Shown: positions 1-8,664 of the stretch, piece by piece | Layout: each line of letters starts with the position of its first letter | How positions within the stretch are numbered: the first letter of the stretch is position 1 | Source of the DNA: Promethearchaeota archaeon | GTDB taxonomy: Archaea; Asgardarchaeota; Lokiarchaeia; Sigyniarchaeales; SOKP01 | Direction: 5' to 3' | NCBI GenBank assembly: GCA_030606485.1 | Contig: JAUWGH010000009.1 | Location: forward strand, 74,266 to 106,265 | DNA length: 32,000 nucleotides | Made by a program: the position numbers and the translations under genes | Notes under the pieces: model-generated | What the model was told of the DNA's origin: nothing | Databases searched by the model: none | The model's input: only the letters and a program-made list of their open reading frames with translations

Positions 1-1
1 C

Positions 2-691
2 ATCGGTTTTCCATATTTTCTTAAATTTATCAAAGATATGCCACTTTCTTCCCCAGCACTTCCCATATTTGCTACATTAAATTATGGTGGGAGATTTTTA
101 AATCGATTAAGAATTAAATTAGACTTATCTTTTAGAAATTTTTCATATGAAATCGTGCATAACAACAGACATTGGGAAGTTATGGATGTCATAAATCGAA
201 TTCTTTCAAAAAATTATACCGGTTTTTATCCATATGATCGAAAGATATATCGATGGATGCGAATCAACGTTCCCAATAAAGATTATGAGCCAACCTATGT
301 TCTCATCAAAAAAAATGGTAATATAATTGGAGGAGGTACTCTTACAAGTTCTCGATTGGTCTCAAAAAAACTAAAATTCAAGTTTGGATTCTCCGTTCTT
401 CATGAAATTTATCTTGATAAATCATTTTTCTTGAATAAAAGGGAATTGCATTTTGGGTATCTATATTTAATTGATAAAATTCTTAAAGCGGCAGTTCAAC
501 GGAAAGAAGGAGCTTTTTTTTATCTAAGTATAAAATCTGATGTTGATTTAAGAAGGGCATTTACTAGTATAGGACTTTTACAACATCCCATGGAAGTTAT
601 TATGTTAAAACCTATGAAAAATGGTTTATCAATCCCGAAATTTGAAAAACCTCTTTATTGTCCAACCTATTTATCAATGGGATTACCATAA
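2..691 (+). CDS. 5'-truncated protein, possibly the C-terminal part of a GNAT-like acetyltransferase
   Basis: Frame is open from base 2 (IGFPYFLKFIKD before the ATG at 38), so the gene starts outside the window. The alternating beta/alpha pattern (TYVLIKKNGNIIGGGTL...LHEIYLD) is only loosely GNAT-like. Confidence 0.35.
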   Translation: MGFPYFLKFIKDMPLSSPALPIFATLNYGGRFLNRLRIKLDLSFRNFSYEIVHNNRHWEVMDVINRILSKNYTGFYPYDRKIYRWMRINVPNKDYEPTYVLIKKNGNIIGGGTLTSSRLVSKKLKFKFGFSVLHEIYLDKSFFLNKRELHFGYLYLIDKILKAAVQRKEGAFFYLSIKSDVDLRRAFTSIGLLQHPMEVIMLKPMKNGLSIPKFEKPLYCPTYLSMGLP

Positions 692-761
692 CTTTTTTTA
701 TATTTAATCTCAAATTATAAATAAAATTCCTTTTGTAAATTTAATTTTTGAGAAAATTATA

Positions 762-1808
762 ATGACACTCATAAAAGCAGGAATAATTGGAGCTGGAGTT
801 GCAGGGGGTTGGCATGCATTATCCTTAAAAAAAATTCCTGAAAAAGTGCAATTAGCCTTTATTTGTGATATTGATGAAAAAAAGGGAAAACGTTTAAAAA
901 GAACAAATAAAGAAGCTAATATTTTAACAGATTATAAGGAATTACTAGCGCGTGATGATATTGATACCGTTCACATCTGTTTACCCCATTTTTTACATGC
1001 AGAAGTAACAGTTGAGGCTGCAAAATATGGAAAACATATCTTATGCGAAAAACCAATCGCAAATACGTTGGAAGAGTGTGATAAAATGATCGAAGCAACT
1101 AAAAAAGCTGGAGTTAAATTAATGATTGCCGAAAATCAAAGATTCTTACCAGCACTAATAAAAATAAAAGAAATTATTGGAAAGGGGACAATAGGAGATA
1201 TTAAACTTGTTCGAACTTATGAGGGAGGTTCTGAAGTCGCCAGTATGTCTGACCCTAATTCTTGGAAATGTAAATGGATTGAAGGTGGTGGGGGTGCGTG
1301 GATGGATAGTGGAGTTCACAGGATTGCAGTGCTTAATTATTTAATAGGTGATATTAAAAGTATTAGTGGTCACGCAGAAAAATTGTTATCACAATGTGAA
1401 GGTAAGGCAGATGATAATTGCGTTATGAATGTCCAGTTTGAAAGTGGAGCATTAGGCGAGATCGCAATTAGTTTCACGGTTGCAAGTGATTGGAATTGCA
1501 GTTTAGAGCTATATGGAACAAAGGGAACAATTTTGGAAAATCATAATTGGGAAAAACCAATAAAACTATATTCAACATTACCGGGACCAAATAGATGTGA
1601 ATGGGTTGAACCTGAAGTATTTCATGAACCTTATCCTGGCTATTATCGAATTTCATTTCTTGAAGAAATAAAACATTTCTATGATTGCGTAATAAATAAT
1701 AAAGAACCTGAAATGAGTGGTGAAGATGGTAAAAAAGCATTGGAGATTGTTTTATTAGGTTATGAATCTGCAAAATCTGGTAAACGAATTTATAGAAAAA
1801 ATAAATAA
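762..1808 (+). CDS. Gfo/Idh/MocA family NAD(P)-dependent oxidoreductase
   Basis: GIIGAGVAG Rossmann motif, HILCEKP signature, DSGVH catalytic motif, LELYGTKG C-terminal strand. Confidence 0.93.
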   Translation: MTLIKAGIIGAGVAGGWHALSLKKIPEKVQLAFICDIDEKKGKRLKRTNKEANILTDYKELLARDDIDTVHICLPHFLHAEVTVEAAKYGKHILCEKPIANTLEECDKMIEATKKAGVKLMIAENQRFLPALIKIKEIIGKGTIGDIKLVRTYEGGSEVASMSDPNSWKCKWIEGGGGAWMDSGVHRIAVLNYLIGDIKSISGHAEKLLSQCEGKADDNCVMNVQFESGALGEIAISFTVASDWNCSLELYGTKGTILENHNWEKPIKLYSTLPGPNRCEWVEPEVFHEPYPGYYRISFLEEIKHFYDCVINNKEPEMSGEDGKKALEIVLLGYESAKSGKRIYRKNK

Positions 1809-1855
1809 AAAACATAAAAATAATAAAACTTAATCAACATTTAAAGGTGATTTTG

Positions 1856-2229
1856 ATGGCTCCCACTGAAAAAATTAAAAATGCATTGAATAATTGGGCA
1901 AAAATGTTAGAAAACACTGAAATTGTAGATGAATTTGAAGAATATAATAATACCTTGCATTTATCTTTAATGATACAGATCTAAAATTACAATTAGTTTT
2001 TGAGAATAAAAAAGCTCGAATTGAAGATGGGTTTAATGAGAATGCTGATATGACTTTAGAAATGAGTTCTGAACTTTTTGGAGGTATTGTTAATAGAAAT
2101 GTTGCCCCAATAAAGGCTTTTATGGAAGGACATCTCAAAACAAAGGGAAATATGGCTGATTTACAGAAATTAGAAATATTTAATTTTCTGCTTAAAATAA
2201 TGTTCAAATCTTTACTATATTATTATTAA
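1856..2229 (+). pseudogene. Frameshifted SCP2 (sterol carrier protein 2) domain gene, paralog of 6235..6576
   Basis: GGTGAT RBS at 1846-1851 and ATG at 1856 give MAPTEKIKNALNNWAKMLENTEIVDEFEEYNNTL. One base is missing at ~1959 (ttgca-ttt vs atgcaattt in the paralog), giving a TAA at 1982-1984. The shifted frame continues FIFNDTDLKLQLVF...AFMEGHLKTKGNMADLQKLEIF to TAA 2227-2229. Could be an assembly error. Confidence 0.85.
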
Positions 2230-2558
2230 TTTTTCCTGGAGATAATAGTGATATATAAGGATTTGCAAGAATCTGACTTTTTTCTTTTTTTCCTTATCCC
2301 AAATTCGTGAAGTAGATAATTTCATAAAATTGACCCGCAATTTTTAAAAGAACCACCTGAAGGAAGATATAATGATTATAGAAAAAATTTAAAATATTTT
2401 GAAAAACGAAACAAATTATTGAATAAATAGCTCACTTGATTTCACTCTTAAATTTCTTCTAAGATTTATGAAAGTATAATCTCCAGAAAGCATTCTTGAT
2501 TTAAGTCTGTTATTTTCATGTTTGGTCATTTTTGAACTGGGAGAAGAAAAAACCTAGA

Positions 2559-2590
2559 TCGATATTTTTGTCGATATATTTATATAAAAC
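2559..2590 (+). promoter_or_regulatory. Putative archaeal promoter (TATA box TTTATATA at 2579-2586) with an upstream TCGATAT direct repeat
   Basis: TATA lies ~26-33 nt upstream of the ATG at 2612 and there is no RBS, consistent with a leaderless transcript. TCGATAT occurs at 2559-2565 and 2571-2577. Confidence 0.55.
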
Positions 2591-2611
2591 ATTAACAAAT
2601 TAGTATATGTT

Positions 2612-5600
2612 ATGTCTACTAAAAAATTAACAGCATCAATTTTATTATTAGTAATTGGTGGTCTTTTAATAACGAGTGGATTTGTGACAAACGATTACCT
2701 TCGTAGTGAAGTCTCTAAAGGGGTTCCTGATGCTCTTTTGGCTATTAAAGATCAAGTAGAACTTGAAATAGAAGAAACTGTTAAGATTAATGGAGTTCCT
2801 GTGGTTCTTTTGGGAATTAAAGAAGGAGCTCTCCCAGAATTTGAAGATAATGTGGAGACTGAAGCAATTCTTGAAGTTCTTAAGACAGTAAAAGGAATGG
2901 CAATTCCAGAATTTGATGATAATATCAAGACCCAAGCAATTCCTGAGGTTTTAGCTGGAATTAAAACTCAAATTATTCCAGAAATTGAAAAAATGGTCAA
3001 TTTTACAGCATATCTTAATACTCTTATTGAAACTAAAACTCAATTCATTCCAGAAATTGAAAAGATGGTTAATTTTACAGCTTATCTTGAGACTTTAAAC
3101 GAAACTAAAAACAAAGCATTGGAATTTTTACCTGATATAGTCAATGGTTCAACCGCAGCAAAACTAATTAATCAAACCATAGATTTTTTATATTACTATA
3201 ATTTTTCGGACTGGACTCTTGCCAAAGAACATTACTTCAATAATTATACTATCCAAGTAAATACAACGTGTCCAGTTATGGGTGTTTCAGAATATATGCA
3301 TTCTATTGTCCCAGTACTCACTAACCTCTCCTATACGACTGCTGCTCAAGATTATTTATTATACGGAAATGCACCTTATAATTTACCAGGAATAATAACG
3401 GATACTGAATTGGGTAAGGGACTCTTAGAATTTATGGGATACTATGCGTTAGGAGCAGCTGGAAATCTCACGATACAGGGCTTAATGACATTAGGTTACA
3501 ATGCTACTTGGGATCAAATTACGTATCTAGCAGGATATATAAACAACTATTTGTGGACAACCATAGTTCCTGCGGTGATTTGGGCTCAATACGGAATGAC
3601 AACCTCTGATTTTGCAATATTTATGTTCCATGCGCAATGGGCTAATGCCACGTTTGCCGAAGCTGGACTTGACTTGAGTCTTTTTATTGAAGGATATGAT
3701 GACCCCCTCTATGGATTTGAAGCGGGTATTCCGATCAAAACTAATATTTCTTATATGACAGCTTTAGATCTCTGGGATCATATGAATTCCTCATCCTTTG
3801 TGAATGATACTGGACTTATGCTATGGGTTGGTGCATTAGCTGGGGATCCTGCTAGTTATACTAACTTAAAAACAACTTTTGGTCTGAATGATACTCAAAT
3901 GGGAATAGTGCTTTATTGGTTACATGATTGGATGACAGATGTTGCCCCAATTCTTTTTGAGACTGAAAAAGGGATATCACTGGAGGCAGCTCCAGAAATT
4001 ATATTCTATGAGCAATGGGCTAATGGTACAATTTTCGGTGAGGTTATGTTTCCACCACCAGGAATTAACTTTAATGAATTTCTTGGCCTCCCTGGTTACC
4101 TCTATGGGTTTGAAGTGGGTATTTATCCATATGGATCTAATATTTCGCTTACGACGGCCATAGATCTCTGGAATCCGTCATACTCCTATTCACTTATCAA
4201 TAATGTTGGACTTATGCTATGGCTTGGTGCATTAGCAGAATTACCCACCCCTGGTGCTAACTATACTTTCTTAAATACGACTTTTGGTTTGGGAAATGAT
4301 AAAATGATGGCACTCCTTGGCTGGTTATATAATTGGACAGTCATTGTTGCACCAACTCTCTTTTATTATGAATATCTCATAACATTGGATGTTGCTCCAG
4401 AATATATGTTCTATGAACAATGGGCAAATGGTACGATGCTTGGGGAGGAAATGTTTCTAGGCGGACTTGATTTCAGTGATTTTATTGAGGAGTTAGTTGG
4501 ACCTGTCATTGGATTTGAAGTTGGACTTCCACCCAATCCATCAAATATTTCGTTTACATCTGCTAAGGCTCTATGGAATATTTCAAATCCATATTCATTT
4601 ATCAATACAATCACCGGATTTGGATCTTGGTATTTAGCAGGAGTTGAAGAAAATGCAACAATAGTGAGTTTATTAAACGTAACTTTTGGTCTGGCTTCGG
4701 GGCAAATTGAATTAATTATCGATTGGTTATTTAAAACAGTTAAGGAAAATATTGTTCCACCATTCTTTGCACTCCCAGAGGCTTTAGGAGGAAAAGGAAT
4801 GACAACAACGGTTTATGCAGAAATTTTATTATATGAACAATGGGCTAATGCAACTATTGAAGGTCAACCTCAATATCCAGATGGAATTGATCTCCCAGTT
4901 CCAGGAGGGGAAGCACTTAAAGGACTCTTTGAAGTAGGTGTTCCAACCTCCTCTGGTATTTCGCTTACGGCATGTTATGCTCTTTGGGATGATACAAATC
5001 CCTCATCATTTATAAATGATACTGGACTTCAGAAATGGCGCGATGCAGCTACAGAATTTGACGTTTTGTTAAATTTAAGTGGAACATTTGGGCTGGATAT
5101 ATCCCAAATGGGATTAATGCTCAACTGGTTAGATGATATTATTGATATTTTCGTTCCAGCTCTTTTTGCTGATCCAACATTGGGAAAAGGAATGACAATA
5201 CCAGCATATGCAGAAACTCTGTTCTATGAACAATGGGCTAATGGTACGATTCTTGGTGAAAAAGAATATCCACAAGGATTGGATCTAGGTGAAGGTCTTA
5301 CCGGTTTTGAAGTAGGTATTCCAACAGCATCAAATATTTCGCTTGCGATATGTGAACTTCTCTGGAATGAGTTAAATGTCTCAACATTTGTCAATGATAC
5401 TGGAATTGGTAAATGGCTTGATGCAGCTACAAATACTACAGTTCAAGCTGAATTACGCACAACCTTTGGTTTGAATGCAACCCAAATGAGTTTAATCCTT
5501 AATTGGCTATGGGAGAATTCATTTAAAGACGATGTTGTCCCAATTCTCGCAGCAGAAGAGTTAGGAATGTCCTTATCGGATTATGCAGAAGATCTATTCT

Positions 5601-6055
5601 TTGAACAGTGGGCTAATTGTACGATTCTTGGTGAGAAAATGTTTCCAGAAGGAATTGTACTCCCAATTGGTGATCTCACAGGAGTAGAAGTAGGTTGTCC
5701 GACAGCATCAAATATTTCGTTATCAGTTGCTGAAATTCTTTTTGATGATACAAATCCCTCATCAATAGTTGACCCCAGTGGTCTTCAGAAATGGTATAGG
5801 GCAGCGGATTCAAACTCTAGCGAATATTCTGAATTAAAGGTAAAATTTGACTTAACAGATACTCAAATGGGAATGATAACCACGTGGTTAAATAACTTTA
5901 GAGACAGTGTTGTTCCTGTTCTTGCAAAAGAACAAATGGGACTACCAGCAGATCCATATACACTAGGTAGTGGGTTATTCCTTGGAATGGCTATAGGAGG
6001 AGTTTGCTTAGCAGCTCTCGGTGTAGTTGTATTATTATTATCTAGAAGAACATAA
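2612..6055 (+). CDS. Large (1147 aa) membrane-anchored repeat glycoprotein of unknown function
   Basis: Hydrophobic segments at both termini (aa ~7-25 and ~1120-1143, ending SRRT). About 38 N-x-S/T sequons by hand count. Six 24-aa N-terminal repeats plus six 125-140-aa QWANxT repeats. Confidence 0.9.
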   Translation: MSTKKLTASILLLVIGGLLITSGFVTNDYLRSEVSKGVPDALLAIKDQVELEIEETVKINGVPVVLLGIKEGALPEFEDNVETEAILEVLKTVKGMAIPEFDDNIKTQAIPEVLAGIKTQIIPEIEKMVNFTAYLNTLIETKTQFIPEIEKMVNFTAYLETLNETKNKALEFLPDIVNGSTAAKLINQTIDFLYYYNFSDWTLAKEHYFNNYTIQVNTTCPVMGVSEYMHSIVPVLTNLSYTTAAQDYLLYGNAPYNLPGIITDTELGKGLLEFMGYYALGAAGNLTIQGLMTLGYNATWDQITYLAGYINNYLWTTIVPAVIWAQYGMTTSDFAIFMFHAQWANATFAEAGLDLSLFIEGYDDPLYGFEAGIPIKTNISYMTALDLWDHMNSSSFVNDTGLMLWVGALAGDPASYTNLKTTFGLNDTQMGIVLYWLHDWMTDVAPILFETEKGISLEAAPEIIFYEQWANGTIFGEVMFPPPGINFNEFLGLPGYLYGFEVGIYPYGSNISLTTAIDLWNPSYSYSLINNVGLMLWLGALAELPTPGANYTFLNTTFGLGNDKMMALLGWLYNWTVIVAPTLFYYEYLITLDVAPEYMFYEQWANGTMLGEEMFLGGLDFSDFIEELVGPVIGFEVGLPPNPSNISFTSAKALWNISNPYSFINTITGFGSWYLAGVEENATIVSLLNVTFGLASGQIELIIDWLFKTVKENIVPPFFALPEALGGKGMTTTVYAEILLYEQWANATIEGQPQYPDGIDLPVPGGEALKGLFEVGVPTSSGISLTACYALWDDTNPSSFINDTGLQKWRDAATEFDVLLNLSGTFGLDISQMGLMLNWLDDIIDIFVPALFADPTLGKGMTIPAYAETLFYEQWANGTILGEKEYPQGLDLGEGLTGFEVGIPTASNISLAICELLWNELNVSTFVNDTGIGKWLDAATNTTVQAELRTTFGLNATQMSLILNWLWENSFKDDVVPILAAEELGMSLSDYAEDLFFEQWANCTILGEKMFPEGIVLPIGDLTGVEVGCPTASNISLSVAEILFDDTNPSSIVDPSGLQKWYRAADSNSSEYSELKVKFDLTDTQMGMITTWLNNFRDSVVPVLAKEQMGLPADPYTLGSGLFLGMAIGGVCLAALGVVVLLLSRRT
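2723..3154 (+). repeat. Six tandem 72-bp (24-aa) coding repeats
   Basis: aa 38-181 divide exactly into six 24-mers, with Leu at position 5 and Lys at position 9 in all six. Units 4 and 5 share KTQxIPEIEKMVNFTA and are near-identical in DNA (aaaactcaa at 2963 and 3035). Confidence 0.85.
3620..5935 (+). repeat. Six tandem ~125-140-aa coding repeats
   Basis: QWAN codons start at 3635, 4013, 4418, 4838, 5231 and 5606 (spacings 126, 135, 140, 131, 125 aa). Each unit follows QWANxT...GFEVGxP..SNIS....LW....SxINDxG...W......TFGL...Q...I..WL....VP. Confidence 0.92.
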
Positions 6056-6100
6056 AGGAATCTACAATAACAATAATAAATAATATAAAAATTAACTTTC

Positions 6101-6110
6101 TTTTTTTTTT
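6101..6110 (+). terminator. U-tract intrinsic terminator (T10)
   Basis: T10 within a longer T-rich run, 45 nt after the stop of the 1147-aa gene. Confidence 0.55.
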
Positions 6111-6234
6111 ATTTTGTTCCTTGACAGATTTAATTATTTTTTGGATTTTCAACCTTTTTTTAAAAGAGAAATATAAAAATAAATAAGAAAACATAAAAAT
6201 AAAAAAACTTAATCAAAATTTAAAGGTGATTTTA

Positions 6235-6576
6235 ATGGCTACTATTGAAGAGATTAAAAATACATTGCATAATTGGGCAAAAATGTTAGAAAACCCTGAA
6301 ATTGCAGATGAATTTGAAGGATACAATAAAATAATGCAATTTATATTTCCTGACATTAATTTAAACTTACAATTGGTTTTTAAAGATAAAACTGCAAAAG
6401 TTGTAGATGGGTTTAATGATAAAGCGGAAATGAGTTTAAAAGTTAATTCGGATCTCTTTATTGGCATATCCACTGGAGATATTGATCCAATGGAAGCATT
6501 TATGAATGGCGAACTAAAACCTAAAGGAGATTTAGCTGATTTGGAAAAATTGGAAATTTTTATGGATATAGATTAG
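6235..6576 (+). CDS. SCP2 sterol/lipid-binding domain protein
   Basis: C-terminal DPMEAFMNGELKPKGDLADLEKL is the typical SCP2 signature. The GTG at 6226 in the ORF track is part of the GGTGAT RBS, so ATG 6235 is the likelier start. Confidence 0.85.
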   Translation: MATIEEIKNTLHNWAKMLENPEIADEFEGYNKIMQFIFPDINLNLQLVFKDKTAKVVDGFNDKAEMSLKVNSDLFIGISTGDIDPMEAFMNGELKPKGDLADLEKLEIFMDID

Positions 6577-6646
6577 AAGAGCTTTTCTCCTCCATATTTT
6601 TTCCCATATTAAAGCACACTTGAAAAAAGGATTAAGAAGTAAGAGA

Positions 6647-7414
6647 TTAATTAAAAAAATCTCCATGTTTTCCTTTCCCTTCTATAAATACCTGAGATCC
6701 TTTTAAGTGTTCTTCACTTGCTAAAGTTTTAAGACCATGTTCAAATTCATTTGCTAATGCATCTTTTAAATTTAATCCAAATTGTTCATATACCGAAAAT
6801 CGATCCTCTCTAAGACATGATTGTGGAAATGAAGCAATTTCTCTGGCTAATTTTTCAGCCTCCTCTCTTGACTTATCAACATCAACAACTTGATTTGCAA
6901 GACCCATCCTAAATGCCTCTTCAGCAGTAATAGGTCGTCCTGTAAGTATCATATCCAATGCATTACTTAATCCAATTAATCTTGGAAGGCGTACCGTACC
7001 ACCGTCGATAAGTGGGACTCCAAACCTCCGGCAAAAAACTCCAAAAACTGCATTTTTTTCAACAATTCGCAAATCACACCATAAAGCGAGCTCTAATCCT
7101 CCAGCAACTGCATATCCAGCAACTGCAGCAATAACGGGTTTTGATAAAACCAACCTAGTTGGTCCCATTGGGCCATCTCCTTTCTTCTCTATTCTATTTC
7201 CATTTCCCATGGCTATTGCCTTTAGATTTGCACCCGAACAAAATATCCCATTTGCACCCCAAAGAACCGCTACACGTGCATTCCCATCCTGTTCAAACTC
7301 TCGAAACGCATTTGCAAGTGAAGTAGCGCTTTTTCGATCAATTGCATTCTTAACTTCAGGATTATCAATAATTACTGTAGTTATCACTCCATCTTTTTCT
7401 ACTCTTATTCCCAT
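6647..7414 (-). CDS. Enoyl-CoA hydratase/isomerase (crotonase) family protein
   Basis: FCSGANL, KPVIAAVAGYAVAGGLELALWCDLR, RFGVPLIDGG, LDMILTGR...AEEA motifs. Confidence 0.93.
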   Translation of the reverse strand: MGIRVEKDGVITTVIIDNPEVKNAIDRKSATSLANAFREFEQDGNARVAVLWGANGIFCSGANLKAIAMGNGNRIEKKGDGPMGPTRLVLSKPVIAAVAGYAVAGGLELALWCDLRIVEKNAVFGVFCRRFGVPLIDGGTVRLPRLIGLSNALDMILTGRPITAEEAFRMGLANQVVDVDKSREEAEKLAREIASFPQSCLREDRFSVYEQFGLNLKDALANEFEHGLKTLASEEHLKGSQVFIEGKGKHGDFFN

Positions 7415-7524
7415 TTTTTGAACCTTTTTTATTATTGAAGATTTAATTAATATATTTCATCAATTAAAAAATCTTTAACTATATTAAAAATTAAATTAAT
7501 TAATATTATTAAGGAGAAATAAAA

Positions 7525-8649
7525 ATGGAACCCATTGGATATAGTAAGAAAAAGGCTAGTGAAGCTCTTGAAAAAAACAACATTGATATTTTAATTGCTT
7601 CTACGCCAGTGAATGTTTTTTACACAACTGGAGTGCCAACGCTCCATGTTGCTCATAATCCTATTCTATATGTTTTATATAATCAGTATCCAACCTTATC
7701 CTTAGTTCGTAGAGATGGAGAGGAAAGTCTAATAATTTGGATGGTATATAGTAGTGTAGAGAAATTTTCTTGGGTAAAAAACGTGAATGGGATTGCTTCT
7801 CCAAAGGCAGCTATGAAAGAAGTTTCAGATAAGATAGAAGAATGGAACTTATCTAACAAAACGATTGGTCTTGAATCCCTAATGCCGAGATATCAATCTG
7901 AATTTTTACAAAAAAAATTTCCGAATGCAACATTTGTTAATGGAGATCAAGCTTTTTTAGATATGCGATTGATTAAAACAGAAGAAGAAGTAAAGCGAAT
8001 AAAAAAATCTACTGAGATCTCCGAAAAGGCAATAATGAATATGATTGATTCCATAAGAGTGGGTATAATTGACAATGAATTACTCAAAATCGCAAGGCGG
8101 ACTATTATTGATGAGGGTGCAGAAGGCTGGGACCACTTAACATTAGGTATTGGTTCATCAGATCCAGAAGCACCTGGAGTTGGAACTATAATGAACCGTG
8201 GGGATATATCAAGATTTGATATTGGAACAATTTGGAAAGGATATGTTTCAGATGTGAGTAGAGAAGCTGTAATTGGGGAAATCCCTGAAGGTGGAAAAGA
8301 AGTAATGGATCGTACGATCCAAGTGCAGGAATATTGCGTTGATAATATTAAACCTGGAATAAATATTAAGGAATTCAATACTAACGCAAAAAAATTTGCG
8401 AAATCACTAAAAAAGAGAGGTTTAACTATTATTACAGGGCATAGTATTGGGTTAGAATGTGAGGAGGTTCATTTGTTCAGTCCTATGAAGACATTAAATA
8501 TCGAATTTGAGGAAAATATGGTTCTTGATATAGAAGTTTGGCAAAATCTTACGGGTGCTGGGTTAGTTGGAATAGAGGATTGTTATAGAATTACTAGTTC
8601 TGGTTGCGAAAGACTTTCAAGTCTTGATAAAAATATCTTTATTAAATAA
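7525..8649 (+). CDS. M24 family (Xaa-Pro peptidase-like) metallohydrolase with creatinase-type N-domain
   Basis: Pita-bread metal ligands present: FDIG, YVSDVSR, GHSIG, DIEVW, GIEDC. AAGGAG RBS upstream. Confidence 0.88.
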   Translation: MEPIGYSKKKASEALEKNNIDILIASTPVNVFYTTGVPTLHVAHNPILYVLYNQYPTLSLVRRDGEESLIIWMVYSSVEKFSWVKNVNGIASPKAAMKEVSDKIEEWNLSNKTIGLESLMPRYQSEFLQKKFPNATFVNGDQAFLDMRLIKTEEEVKRIKKSTEISEKAIMNMIDSIRVGIIDNELLKIARRTIIDEGAEGWDHLTLGIGSSDPEAPGVGTIMNRGDISRFDIGTIWKGYVSDVSREAVIGEIPEGGKEVMDRTIQVQEYCVDNIKPGINIKEFNTNAKKFAKSLKKRGLTIITGHSIGLECEEVHLFSPMKTLNIEFEENMVLDIEVWQNLTGAGLVGIEDCYRITSSGCERLSSLDKNIFIK

Positions 8650-8664
8650 AATAGGTGATTAAAA

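Noticed and set aside
1875-2207. 110-aa minus-strand ORF and the similar 86-aa ORF at 6213..6473
   Set aside because: Antisense shadows of the two SCP2 copies. Their mutual similarity comes from the plus-strand duplication.
2230-2550. Intergenic stretch with a protein-like fragment (FHKIDPQFLKEPPEGRYNDYRKNLKYFEKRNKLLNK) and a 37-codon minus-strand ORF
   Set aside because: No start or RBS for the first and too short to judge for the second. May be a gene relic but cannot be supported.
2723-3154. 72-bp periodic repeats as CRISPR, or the large repeats as a diversity-generating system
   Set aside because: Repeats are in-frame coding units without spacers. No cas or reverse transcriptase genes are present.
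2612-6055. Horizontal acquisition argued from apparently higher GC of the large gene
   Set aside because: Spot counts of two 60-nt lines gave about 33% GC, not clearly above neighbours. Amino-acid composition could explain any difference.
1797-6560. Composite transposon or integrated element bounded by the SCP2 repeats
   Set aside because: No transposase, integrase, terminal inverted repeats or target-site duplication. The repeats are diverged genes.
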